In this document: positions 9,302 to 18,702 of the stretch, piece after piece
Position numbering within the stretch: position 1 is the first letter of the stretch
How the letters are laid out: every line of letters begins with the position of its first letter
Assembly (NCBI GenBank): GCA_031367285.1
Contig: JANLPN010000392.1
Span: 197 to 64,196, forward strand
Reading direction: 5' to 3'
Length of the DNA stretch: 64,000 bases
From: Betaproteobacteria bacterium
Lineage (GTDB): Bacteria > Pseudomonadota > Gammaproteobacteria > Burkholderiales > Burkholderiaceae_C
Program-made: the position numbers and the translations under genes
The notes under the pieces: model-generated
Database searches by the model: none
Told to the model about the DNA's origin: nothing
Seen by the model: only the letters and a program-made list of their open reading frames with translations

Positions 9302-10462
9302 ATGATTCCACGCACTATCTTCAGCTCTGACCACGATGCGTTTCGCGACAGCGTACGCCGCTTCATCACCGAGCATGTGACGCCCCACCACGCCGACTGG
9401 GAGAAGGCCGGCCAGGTGCCGCGCGAGCTCTGGACCAAGGCCGGTGAACTGGGCCTGCTGTGCTGCAACGTGCCCGAGCAATACGGCGGCATGGGCGGCG
9501 ACTTCCTGTACAGCACCCTGCTGATCGAGGAGATGGCGCGTGCGGGGGCCACCGGGCCGACCTTCTACCTGCATTCGGACATCTGCGCGCCCTACCTGGT
9601 GGACTTTGGCACCGAGGAGCAAAAACAGAAGTGGCTGCCCAAAATGGCCACCGGCGAAGTGGTGGCGGCGCTTGGCATGAGCGAGCCGTCGGGTGGCAGC
9701 GACGTGCAGGCCATGCGCACGCAGGCCATCCGCGACGGCGACGAATACGTCATTGACGGCCAGAAAGTGTTCATCACCAATGGCCACAGCGCCGACCTGC
9801 TCATACTGGCCTGCAAGACCGACCCCAAGGCGCGCGGCAAGGGCGTGAGCCTGATCCTGGTCGAGACCAACCGGCCCGGCTTCACACGTGGCCGCAAGCT
9901 GGAGAAGCTGGGTTGCAAGGCGCAGGACACGTCCGAGCTTTTCTTTGCCGACCTGCGGGTTCCGGTGGGCAACCTGCTAGGCCATGAAGGCGGCGGCTTC
10001 GCCATGCTGATGACGCAGCTGTCGCAGGAACGCCTGGTGCAGGCGATTCGTGGGGTGGCCAGCTCCGAAGCGGCGCTGCAGTGGACGATTGCCTATGTGA
10101 GCGAACGCAAGATGTTCGGCCAGACACTGGGCGACTTCCAGAACACGCGCTTCAAGCTGGCCGAGCTGCACGCCGAAGTGCTGGCCCAACGCGTGTTCGT
10201 GGACCGCTGCATCGAGCTGCACCTGGCGGGCAAGTTCGATGCCACCGACGCCGCAGCGGCCAAACTTGTCACCACCGAGCTGCAGGGCCGCGTGATGGAC
10301 CAGTGCCTGCAGTTCTTCGGCGGCTGGGGTTATATGTGGGAATACCCGATTGCCCGCGCCTTTGCCGATGCGCGCATGTGCCGCCTGGGCGGCGGCACGG
10401 CCGAGGTGATGCGGCAAATCATCGGCAACTCGTTATTGCCCAAGGTGCGCAAGGCGGCATGA
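9302..10462 (+). CDS. Acyl-CoA dehydrogenase (LCAD/IVD-type catalytic Glu position)
   Basis: MSEPSGGSD, GQKVFITNG, KLGCKAQDT, SQERL, FGGWGYMWEYPIAR, GGGTAEVM. Confidence 0.95.
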   Translation: MIPRTIFSSDHDAFRDSVRRFITEHVTPHHADWEKAGQVPRELWTKAGELGLLCCNVPEQYGGMGGDFLYSTLLIEEMARAGATGPTFYLHSDICAPYLVDFGTEEQKQKWLPKMATGEVVAALGMSEPSGGSDVQAMRTQAIRDGDEYVIDGQKVFITNGHSADLLILACKTDPKARGKGVSLILVETNRPGFTRGRKLEKLGCKAQDTSELFFADLRVPVGNLLGHEGGGFAMLMTQLSQERLVQAIRGVASSEAALQWTIAYVSERKMFGQTLGDFQNTRFKLAELHAEVLAQRVFVDRCIELHLAGKFDATDAAAAKLVTTELQGRVMDQCLQFFGGWGYMWEYPIARAFADARMCRLGGGTAEVMRQIIGNSLLPKVRKAA

Positions 10463-10474
10463 ACATGTCCGCCA

Positions 10475-11161
10475 TTGGCCACGGGATTCAAGGGAACAAG
10501 CGCCGTGCATGACGATATGCGCCTGGCAGTGCAAAGCTTGAAGCGCGAGCGTATCGTGGCGGTGGCGGTGGACCTGTTTTACCTGCAGGGTTTTGGCCAG
10601 ACCACTCTGGACCAGGTGGCCGAGCAGATGGGCATGACCAAGCCCTTTATCTACGTTCATTTCCACTCCAAGGGCGAGTTGCTGGCAGCCATCTGCGCCC
10701 AGGGCATCCGGGTCTCGCTGGGTGCGATCGACCGTGCGTTGGCATCGGGCGGATCGGCGCGCCAGCGGCTCACCGCATTTGCGCACGGCTTCACGCTGGC
10801 GGTGCTGGAGAGCCAGAAACATGTGGCGATCTATACCCGCGAAGAAAAAAACCTGGCGCCGGCCGACTGCGATGCGATCCAGCGCATGCGGCGTGAATTC
10901 GACCGCAAGCTGACCGGCCTGCTGGACCAGGGCGTTGCCAGCGGGGAGTTCCAGATCAGCGAGCCGCCGCTGGCGGCGCTGGCCATCGGTGGTATCGCGA
11001 GCTGGGCCTGCGTCTGGTTCAGACCCGGCGGTCGCCTGGCCGCCAGCGAAATTGCACAACACATGGCGGCCTTGATGCTGGCCATGGTCAAGGCCGACAG
11101 AAGCGGCCAACCGGCCGGCATGGCCGATCAAGTTTTACGACCCGAGGAGACAACTTCATGA
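10475..11161 (+). CDS. TetR-family regulator with KstR2/PaaR-like C-terminal domain; start uncertain
   Basis: HTH GFGQTTLDQVAEQMGMTKPFIYVHFHSK; C-term GVASGEF...AIGGIASW..VWFRPGGRL. Alternative start ATG 10517. Confidence 0.88.
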   Translation: MATGFKGTSAVHDDMRLAVQSLKRERIVAVAVDLFYLQGFGQTTLDQVAEQMGMTKPFIYVHFHSKGELLAAICAQGIRVSLGAIDRALASGGSARQRLTAFAHGFTLAVLESQKHVAIYTREEKNLAPADCDAIQRMRREFDRKLTGLLDQGVASGEFQISEPPLAALAIGGIASWACVWFRPGGRLAASEIAQHMAALMLAMVKADRSGQPAGMADQVLRPEETTS

Positions 11162-12141
11162 TTACCCGCCGCAAAATAGTTCAGGCCGCAGTGGCAACCA
11201 GCGTCGCGCATTGGCTGACGCCGACACACGCACAGACCACCAATTGGCCCGAACAAGCGGTCAAGATAGTGGTGCCGTTCACGGCCGGGGGCGCCTCCGA
11301 CGTGTTGACGCGTATGCTGGCCGAAAAGCTGCAGGGCCGGCTGGGCCAGAACTTCGTGGTGGACAACCGCACCGGTGCGGGCGGCAATATCGGCATGGAG
11401 GCGGTCAAGAACGCACCGGCCGACGGCTACACGATTTCCTCCTCGACCATCGGCACCTTGTCGATCAACCAGTTCCTGTTCGCCAAGCTCGGCTACGACC
11501 CGGTGGCCGACTTCGCCTACGTGTCGATGATCTGGGAAAACTGCAATGTGTTCGTGGTTGCGTCCCAGCATCCCGCCAAGACGGTGCAGGAGTTCCTGGT
11601 CTGGGCGCGCAAGCAGCCCAAGGGCGTGACCTTCGGTTCCGCCGGCGTGGGAACCACGCCGCACCTGGCGGGCGAGCTGTTTCGTGCCCGCACCGGCATC
11701 ACGGCACTGCACATACCGTACCGCGGTGCCGCGCAGTCGATGCCTGCCCTGATGGCCGGCGACACCGATTTCGCGATTGATAACATCGCAAGCTACCTGC
11801 CCCTGATCAAGAGCGGCAAGGTGCGTGCGCTGGCGGTTACGGCGGGGGCACGCTGGCCCACGCTGATGGAGGTGCCAACCATGGCGGAGGCGGGCGTGCG
11901 CGACTTCATCATCACGTCCTGGGGCGCTTTTGTGGTACCCAAGGGCACCCCGGTCGCGATCATCAACAAATTGTCGGGCGCGGTGCAGGCCATTGCCGCC
12001 GAACCGGCCATGCAGCAGCGTTTTCTGGAGAGCGGCGCACGGGCGGTCGCGTCCACGCCGGCCGAGACGGCGGCGTTTGCCGAACGCGAACGGGTGAAGT
12101 GGAAAGAAGTGGTGCAGATCTCCGGCGCCAAGATGGACTAA
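11158..12141 (+). CDS. Bug/TctC-family substrate-binding protein, Tat-like signal
   Basis: TRRKIV twin-Arg; PFTAGGASD, DNRTGAGGNIG, PYRG motifs. Confidence 0.93.
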   Translation: MITRRKIVQAAVATSVAHWLTPTHAQTTNWPEQAVKIVVPFTAGGASDVLTRMLAEKLQGRLGQNFVVDNRTGAGGNIGMEAVKNAPADGYTISSSTIGTLSINQFLFAKLGYDPVADFAYVSMIWENCNVFVVASQHPAKTVQEFLVWARKQPKGVTFGSAGVGTTPHLAGELFRARTGITALHIPYRGAAQSMPALMAGDTDFAIDNIASYLPLIKSGKVRALAVTAGARWPTLMEVPTMAEAGVRDFIITSWGAFVVPKGTPVAIINKLSGAVQAIAAEPAMQQRFLESGARAVASTPAETAAFAERERVKWKEVVQISGAKMD

Positions 12142-13451
12142 TGCAAAGCTCAAAACCAACGCCACGCCGCGTGGCCGTCATCGGTGCCGGTGCCGGCGGC
12201 CTGTGCGCCGCCAAATACCTGCTGGCACGCGGGGTCGAAGTGGTGGTGTACGAGCTGGGCTCCCACGTCGGCGGCTTGTGGGTTTACCAGAACGACAGCG
12301 GCCTCGGGCCCGCCTACCAGTCGCTGCACCTCAACTCGGAGGCGCGCGTCACGGCCTACAAGGACTTCCCGTTTCCCGAAGGCGGCCCGCTGTATCCGGA
12401 CCACGTCCAGGTGCATGCTTACCTGAAAGCGTATGCCGAACGCTTCGACCTGCTGCGCCACATCCGCTTTCGCGCGCGGGTGGTCAACCTGGTCCCGCAG
12501 GGCGGCAAGTGGCAAGTCCAGTTGGGTGACGGTAGCAGCGCGGACTTCGACGCCGTGGTGGTGGCCAGCGGGCACCAGGGCGTGCCAACCCATCCGGAAT
12601 GGAAGGACCAGTTCACGGGTGAATACCTGCATTCGCACAGCTACCGGGTGCCGGAGCCGTTTCGCGGCAAACGGGTGCTGGTGGTGGGCATGGGCAACAG
12701 CGCGGTGGACATTGCCTCCGACATCTGCGTCGTGGCCCAATCCACCACCATCGTGGCGCGTTCACCGGTGCTGGTGATGCCGCGTATGTTGTTCGGCGTG
12801 CCGACCTCGCGGGTACTGGGCAAGCTGGAAAAAAGCTGGATGCCGTGGCCGGTGCGGCGCACCGTCCGCGAGATCCTGACGTCCATCGTGCATGGCCGCA
12901 TGGAGCAATGGGGCTTTACCACGCCCAAGAGCCGCACCCACCCGACCAGCCATCCGAACCTGATGTCGCACTTTGTCTGGGACCGTATCAAGGCCAAACC
13001 GGCCATCACGTCGGTCCAGGGCAACCAGGTGCAGTTCGTGGACGGCAGCCAGGGCAGCTACGACGTGGTGATTGCCGGCACCGGGTATGCCGTGGACCTG
13101 CCGTTTCTGGCGCCTGAGCTGCGCCCGCTGGACGGGCACCGGATCGAGCTGTTCCTGAGGGTGGTGCATCCGCGCCAGAGAGGCCTGTATTTCACCGGCA
13201 TGTTCAATGTGGCCGGCGGCGGCAACATCCGCATGATGGACGACCAGGCCGAATGGATCAGCGAGCTGGTGTGTGGCGACAAGGCCTTGCCCGATGAGGC
13301 GCGGATGCGCCGCGTGATGGAGGAGGAGCAGGCCTTCCTGCGCAACCACTACCCCGGCAGCGCACGGTATGCACTGGAGCTCGACCCCACGTTCTACCGC
13401 CGGCAGCTGGCGCGCGAGCGCCGGCGTGGCGCTGTCGGGCAGCCGGCCTGA
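12141..13451 (+). CDS. Flavin-containing monooxygenase (FMO, class B)
   Basis: GAGAGG, GGLW, FMO fingerprint FTGEYLHSHSY, second Rossmann GMGNSA. TAATG overlap with upstream stop. Confidence 0.9.
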   Translation: MQSSKPTPRRVAVIGAGAGGLCAAKYLLARGVEVVVYELGSHVGGLWVYQNDSGLGPAYQSLHLNSEARVTAYKDFPFPEGGPLYPDHVQVHAYLKAYAERFDLLRHIRFRARVVNLVPQGGKWQVQLGDGSSADFDAVVVASGHQGVPTHPEWKDQFTGEYLHSHSYRVPEPFRGKRVLVVGMGNSAVDIASDICVVAQSTTIVARSPVLVMPRMLFGVPTSRVLGKLEKSWMPWPVRRTVREILTSIVHGRMEQWGFTTPKSRTHPTSHPNLMSHFVWDRIKAKPAITSVQGNQVQFVDGSQGSYDVVIAGTGYAVDLPFLAPELRPLDGHRIELFLRVVHPRQRGLYFTGMFNVAGGGNIRMMDDQAEWISELVCGDKALPDEARMRRVMEEEQAFLRNHYPGSARYALELDPTFYRRQLARERRRGAVGQPA

Positions 13452-13526
13452 AACAGGCGTAACCCGAGGAGACAACATGGACATCGAGCCCCTTACCCAA
13501 GTTATCCAGGTCACCCAGGAGGCCCC

Positions 13527-14681
13527 ATGACACTGCGTGACAAAGCCTGTATGACAGGCATAGGCGAAACCGCGTACGTGCGCGGCTCGACCAGGACCGC
13601 GTTCGAACTGCAGATCGAGTCATCGCTGAAGGCGATAAACGACGCCGGGCTGACACCGAAGGACATTGACGGCATCATCCCGATCGGCATCGTGAGCGGC
13701 ACCGCCGACGACTTTATCGACAACTTCGGCCTGCCCGACCTGCGCTTTTCGGCCGTGGTGCCGCATGGCGGCGCAAGCCCGGCGATGGCGCTGCAATGCG
13801 CCGCCGCGGCGGTGGCATCGGGCGCCTGCAACCATGTGCTGATCACCTTCGGGCGCAACGTGAGCGCGGCGTCCAACAAGGCCGGCGCGCGTATCCACGG
13901 CATGCCGCAGTTCCACTACGTGACCGAGTTCGAACACCCCATGGGCGCCAGTGCACCTGCGCAGCTGTACGCACCGATGGCACGCCGCCACATGGAGCTG
14001 TATGGCACCACGGTGGAGCAGTTTGGCGAAGTGGCCGTGGCCTGCCGCCAGCACGCCTTGCTAAACGGCAACGCCATCATGAAGAAGCCCATCACGCTGG
14101 CGGATCACCGCAATTCGCGCATGATCGCCGACCCGTTCCGCCTGCTCGACTGCAGCCTGGAGAGCGACGGCGGCGCGGCGGTCATCGTGAGTTCCGCCGA
14201 GCGGGCCGCCGACCTGCGGCACCGGCGGGTCTATATCTCGGGGGTTGCCGAAGGCCACCCCGACCAGCCGGGCGCCATCACCCAGCGCCCTGACATGACC
14301 AGCCTGGGGATAGCCAAGGCGGCGCCGCGCGCCTTCCGGATGGCCGGTGTGACACACGCCGACATCGATGTGGCCGAGATCTACGACTGCTTCACCTACG
14401 CGGTGATCCGCCAGCTTGAAGACATGGGTTTCTGCGCCAAGGGCGAAGGCGGGCCGTTTGTGCAGGGTGGGCGCCTGCGGCTGGGCGGCGCGCTGCCGAC
14501 CAACACCCACGGCGGCCTGTTGTCGCAGGCCCATGTGTGGGGCTTGAACCATATCGTTGAACTGGTAAGGCAGCTGCGCGGCGACGCGGGAGCGGCCCAG
14601 GTGGCGAATGCCGAAATCGGTCTGGTCACCGGTTATGGCGACCTGGGCGACGGTGCCCTGGCCATCATGCGAAGGGGGTAA
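13527..14681 (+). CDS. SCP2/Ltp2-like thiolase-fold protein lacking the canonical nucleophilic Cys
   Basis: DPFRLLDCSLESDGGAAVIV, EIYDCFT, NTHGGLLSQAH. The Cys position reads HGGASP. Confidence 0.85.
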   Translation: MTLRDKACMTGIGETAYVRGSTRTAFELQIESSLKAINDAGLTPKDIDGIIPIGIVSGTADDFIDNFGLPDLRFSAVVPHGGASPAMALQCAAAAVASGACNHVLITFGRNVSAASNKAGARIHGMPQFHYVTEFEHPMGASAPAQLYAPMARRHMELYGTTVEQFGEVAVACRQHALLNGNAIMKKPITLADHRNSRMIADPFRLLDCSLESDGGAAVIVSSAERAADLRHRRVYISGVAEGHPDQPGAITQRPDMTSLGIAKAAPRAFRMAGVTHADIDVAEIYDCFTYAVIRQLEDMGFCAKGEGGPFVQGGRLRLGGALPTNTHGGLLSQAHVWGLNHIVELVRQLRGDAGAAQVANAEIGLVTGYGDLGDGALAIMRRG

Positions 14682-14686
14682 CAGCC

Positions 14687-15124
14687 ATGACCACCACACA
14701 TACAGCCACCACCCCCGCCGCCGCATCCACGAGCAAGCCGCCGCAGACACCGAGCGCCTTGTCGGGGCCCTATTGGGCGGCTGCCGCCGAAGGCCGGCTG
14801 GTGATACAATGCTGCACCGCCTGCGGCAAGCTGCGCCACTATCCGCGACTGATATGCGACACCTGTTACTCCGATGCCGTGCACTGGGTGCCCGCCACCG
14901 GGCGCGGCACCCTCCATAGCTGGACCGTGTCGCACCATGCGTTTCACCCATCCTTCGCGGCTGAGCTACCGTATGCGCTGGTCACGGTCGATCTTGAAGA
15001 AGGCGTGCGCGCGCTGGGGCGCTGGCGTGGGGACGTGCCGCTCTCGATCGGGTTGCCGGTACAGGGGAACTTTGAGGCGCGTGCGGGTGGGGTGGACCTG
15101 GTGTTTGTGCCGCGTTCGGATTGA
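14687..15124 (+). CDS. DUF35 Zn-ribbon/OB-fold acyl-CoA-binding partner protein
   Basis: CTAC...YPR..CDTC zinc ribbon, GTLHSWT, PYALVTVDLEEG. Directly follows the thiolase-like gene. Confidence 0.9.
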   Translation: MTTTHTATTPAAASTSKPPQTPSALSGPYWAAAAEGRLVIQCCTACGKLRHYPRLICDTCYSDAVHWVPATGRGTLHSWTVSHHAFHPSFAAELPYALVTVDLEEGVRALGRWRGDVPLSIGLPVQGNFEARAGGVDLVFVPRSD

Positions 15125-15290
15125 CGGTGCCGGTTTTCAGTTTCGTTGGTCCGAAAAGTTTTTCGCCCCGTGTTGCGCATCTTGCGCGGACAGACACCTT
15201 CCAGAGCTGTCGAACCGGGTTCCGGACCGGGCCGCTGCTGATTGCGCTCCCACGTTGCCCGGACCGCGGCGCGCTCGGGGAGTCCGTCGC

Positions 15291-15306
15291 TATACTGGCA
15301 AGTATG
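15291..15306. promoter_or_regulatory. TATACT-N4-AGTAT(G) operator overlapping a probable -10 box and the TetR start codon
   Basis: TATACTGGCAAGTATG. The ATG at 15304 lies in the right half-site, 7 nt after TATACT. Confidence 0.7.
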
Positions 15307-16023
15307 AAAAAAGCCCCTGCTCGCAAGCTCCAAGAACCCGTCAAGGCAAAGTCCTCCAGGAGGACTTTGGCCAGCGCAAACCAGATAGAAGACATCCGTG
15401 ACGCCGTTTCCCGGCTGAAGCGCGAGCGCATTATCTCCACGGCGGTCGATCTGTTTTACAGCCAGGGCTTTGGCAACACCACGCTCGAAGCGGTGGCCGA
15501 GAAGATGAACGTGACCAAGCCTTTTATCTATTCCCACTTCAGTTCCAAGAACGATCTGCTGGCCGCCATATGTTCCCACGGCATCGGGGCTTCGCTCGAC
15601 GTGTTGAACCGCGTTGTTGCGTCCAGCGGCTCACCCACTGAAAAGATGCAGGTGCTGGCGCGCGACTTCATGCTGGCGGTGATCGAGAACCAGGGACACA
15701 TCGCGATCTATACGCGCGAGCAGAAACATTTGTCGAAGGAAAACAGCGACGCCATCGACAACATGCGGCGCGAGTTTGATCGCAAATTCTGCGCTCTGCT
15801 CGGTGAAGGCGTGGCGGCGGGCGAGTTCATGGTGGACGACGTGCAGATGGCGTCACTGGCCATCGGCGGCATCGTGAGCTGGTCCTATGTGTGGTACCGC
15901 CCGAACGGCCGCCTGTCCGCGCCTGACACCGCGGAGCGCATCTCCGATCTGGTGCTGGCGATGATCCAGGTCAAGCCGGCGCGCCGCAAACGCGCGCGCA
16001 CGGTGGCCAACCAAGCGGCCTAG
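15304..16023 (+). CDS. TetR-family regulator (KstR2/PaaR-like), paralog of 10475 gene
   Basis: LKRERIISTAVDLFYSQGFGNTTLEAVAEKMNVTKPFIYSHF shares the TKPFIY helix with the first TetR. Confidence 0.92.
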   Translation: MKKAPARKLQEPVKAKSSRRTLASANQIEDIRDAVSRLKRERIISTAVDLFYSQGFGNTTLEAVAEKMNVTKPFIYSHFSSKNDLLAAICSHGIGASLDVLNRVVASSGSPTEKMQVLARDFMLAVIENQGHIAIYTREQKHLSKENSDAIDNMRREFDRKFCALLGEGVAAGEFMVDDVQMASLAIGGIVSWSYVWYRPNGRLSAPDTAERISDLVLAMIQVKPARRKRARTVANQAA

Positions 16024-16053
16024 GGCCGCAGCCGGGGCCGCGGCGCCGGTGTG

Positions 16054-17163
16054 TCAGGGTGCGGTTGGCAGCCCACCCAGCACTTCAGCGGTGTGTTGCC
16101 CAAGGGCCGGGGCCTGGCAGGTAATGGTGCCGCCTTGCCCGTTCAGCAACAGCGGCTGGCGCAAAAATGTCTGGCGGCCGTTGTTGCCGTCCATGCCGAC
16201 CGTCATGTTGCGCGCACGCATCTGCGGGTCGTCCAGCACCTCGTGCAGGCGCCGCACCGGACCAAAGGCGATGCCTTCGGATTCCAGCCGCTGGTACAAG
16301 GCCTCATAGGGCCAGCGCGTTATGGCAGACCGCAGATGGGGTTCGATCTCCTTCGCGCGGTCGCTGCGTTCCTGTTCGCGCAGCGCCGCATACTGTTCCA
16401 GCGACAGCAGGCGGCACAAGGCGGCCCACATGTGGTCCTCACCCGCGATGCTGAGCGTGATCTGCCGGCCGTCGGCGGTGGCAAACAGGCCGTAACCGGG
16501 GTCCAGCGGCGGCAGGGTGCGTGTCGGCAGGCCGTTGATCGGCGGCACCAGGAAAGGTGTCATCCAGCTGACCAGCGAATCGAGCATGGAGACGTCAATG
16601 GCGGCGCCCTGGCCGGAACGCGAACGGGCGAACAGCGCCGTGACCACCCCCAGAGCCGCGAACATGGCCGACGAGATATCGGCCAGCGGCAATACGGGCA
16701 AGGACAGCCCGGCTTCCTGCCCCAGAGGTACGTCAATCATGCCGGCGGCCGCCTGGATGCTCAGGTCGTGGCCGGCCAGGCCGGTCTGCGGCCCGTTCTG
16801 CCCGAATGACGAAATGGACACGAACACCAGTGACGGCTTGCGCGCCAGCAGCACCTCGGAGCTGATTTGCAGGCGCGCCATGACGCCGGGGCGATAACCC
16901 TCCAGCACCACGTCCGCGCTGTCCACCAGGCGCAGGAACTGCTCCCGGTCCGCCGCGGCCTTGAGGTCCAGCACGACCGAACGCTTGTTGCGGTTGAAGG
17001 ATGCAAACAGCCCCGGAAAACGGCGTGACGGGTCGCCGCTGCCGGGCCTCTCGACCAGGATCACGTCCGCGCCCAGGTCGGCCAGCAGCATCGTGGCGTA
17101 GGGTCCGGGATATTGCTCTGCCAGGCTCAGGACCCGAACACCGGTCAGGGGGAGAGTTACCAC
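16054..17163 (-). CDS. Class III CoA-transferase (CaiB/BaiF family)
   Basis: PLTGVRVL, LGADVILVE, NRNKRS, GHDL, PLADISS, APALGQHT. GAGG RBS before GTG. Confidence 0.93.
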   Translation of the reverse strand: MVTLPLTGVRVLSLAEQYPGPYATMLLADLGADVILVERPGSGDPSRRFPGLFASFNRNKRSVVLDLKAAADREQFLRLVDSADVVLEGYRPGVMARLQISSEVLLARKPSLVFVSISSFGQNGPQTGLAGHDLSIQAAAGMIDVPLGQEAGLSLPVLPLADISSAMFAALGVVTALFARSRSGQGAAIDVSMLDSLVSWMTPFLVPPINGLPTRTLPPLDPGYGLFATADGRQITLSIAGEDHMWAALCRLLSLEQYAALREQERSDRAKEIEPHLRSAITRWPYEALYQRLESEGIAFGPVRRLHEVLDDPQMRARNMTVGMDGNNGRQTFLRQPLLLNGQGGTITCQAPALGQHTAEVLGGLPTAP

Positions 17164-17193
17164 GCGAGGCCTCCTCGTTTATTGGGATTATTT

Positions 17194-17209
17194 TATACTC
17201 ACCAGTATA
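17194..17209. promoter_or_regulatory. Perfect TATACT-N4-AGTATA operator
   Basis: TATACTCACCAGTATA, 31 bp upstream of the minus-strand CoA-transferase start. Confidence 0.72.
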
Positions 17210-17445
17210 TCATCGTTACTGGCAAATATATTGTGCACCGATATTGGCGCTTTGGTCGGCAGCGCGATCTTCGCGCCGCGCCACCCTGAACGCACCTCGC
17301 TCAAGGAATCGCCGCATGCGGTGACGCACGGTGCCTTGGGCGAGCCTCGACCCGCAGATCGAAGGCGGAACTGGTAAGCCCGCGCGTGCAGACCGTATCG
17401 CCAATTCCAGTGAAGCAACTCCCGTCAGGCAAGGATTTGCTCTTC

Positions 17446-18666
17446 TCACTCGTTCAATGCGGCGCAAAACCGCGGTTCGGCCAGTGCCGATATCAGCCTG
17501 CGCCGCTCGGCGAGTGTTGTCGCTCGGATATCGGCCACGCCGTACTCCGTGACAACGACGTCGACGTCACTTTGCGCCGATGTCACGTAGGCGCCGGCGA
17601 TGCGCGCCACCACACGGCTTTTCGATGCCGCACCGACGGTGGTGGCCGGCAGGGCAACAATTGCGAGCCCCCCCGGAGAGCGGCGTGCCGCGCGGAAGTA
17701 GTCGGATTGCCCGCCGACCGCACCGACATAACGTGTGCCGACAAACTCCGCGTTCACCTGTCCGAACAGGTCCACCTCGATCGCGGAATTGATCGCCATG
17801 AAAGGCGCACCAGCCACCTGACCGCCCGGCGCGACCAGTTGCGCCGGCACTGCGAAGCCGAGCACGCCGTCCGCGCCGGCGAAATCGTAAAGGCCGCGGG
17901 TGCCGACCGCGAGCGACGCCATACACGCCTCGCGATCGGTGGTGTTGATTGCGCCGCTGGCCACCAGTTCAGGCAACCAGTCGCCCACCATGCCGGATCG
18001 AACCCTGAGTCCGCGATGCTGGGACAGCGCGCGCGCGACCGCCGCCGCCATGCTGCCGATGCCCAACTGGATGATCGCGCCGTCGGGCACCAGTCGCGCG
18101 ACGTTGCGGCCGATGATCAGCTGCCGCGCGTCCGGTGCTTCGTTCAGGACTTCGGGCAGCGGCAGGTCGCTCTCGCGCGCGACGACCACGCGACTGCAAT
18201 GCAAGCGGCAGACCGAGCGGGTTCGCGGCACATTCGGGTTGATTTCGACCAGCACGACGCGCGCGGCCTGCGCGGCGCTCCACACATAGTCAACCGCGCA
18301 ACCGAGGCTGTGGTAACCCTCTTTGTCAGCCGGCGAAACCTGCAGCAGCACGACATCGGCCTTGAGCACGCCGGACTCGAAGTACGACGTCAGTTGCGAC
18401 AACTGCGCTGGAATCACGCGCGCCGCGCCGCGCCCAACGACGTGACGGATCGACCCCATGCCACAGTAGGTCGTCACGCGCAGCGCCGGGTCGATAGCAG
18501 CGCCCCAGGCCGGGTTGAGCGAATAGCCGCAGAACACGTTCAGTTGCCCAAGCCCGGCCGCGAGCCCGAACAATTCATCCACCAGCCCTGGCGGCTCGCC
18601 GGTCGTCTGGCCTACGACCACGCGATCGCCGCTGCGCAGATAGTGGGCCAAGACGGAGCGGTCCAT
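17446..18666 (-). CDS. Acetyl-CoA hydrolase/transferase family (4-hydroxybutyrate CoA-transferase-like)
   Basis: IQLGIG, INSAIEVDLFGQVNAE, GGQSDY, VVTEYGVA. The expected catalytic HSEM reads RSGM. Confidence 0.87.
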   Translation of the reverse strand: MDRSVLAHYLRSGDRVVVGQTTGEPPGLVDELFGLAAGLGQLNVFCGYSLNPAWGAAIDPALRVTTYCGMGSIRHVVGRGAARVIPAQLSQLTSYFESGVLKADVVLLQVSPADKEGYHSLGCAVDYVWSAAQAARVVLVEINPNVPRTRSVCRLHCSRVVVARESDLPLPEVLNEAPDARQLIIGRNVARLVPDGAIIQLGIGSMAAAVARALSQHRGLRVRSGMVGDWLPELVASGAINTTDREACMASLAVGTRGLYDFAGADGVLGFAVPAQLVAPGGQVAGAPFMAINSAIEVDLFGQVNAEFVGTRYVGAVGGQSDYFRAARRSPGGLAIVALPATTVGAASKSRVVARIAGAYVTSAQSDVDVVVTEYGVADIRATTLAERRRLISALAEPRFCAALNE

Positions 18667-18702
18667 GCGCGCGCTTCAATCCTTACGCGGCTTGCACGGA
18701 TG

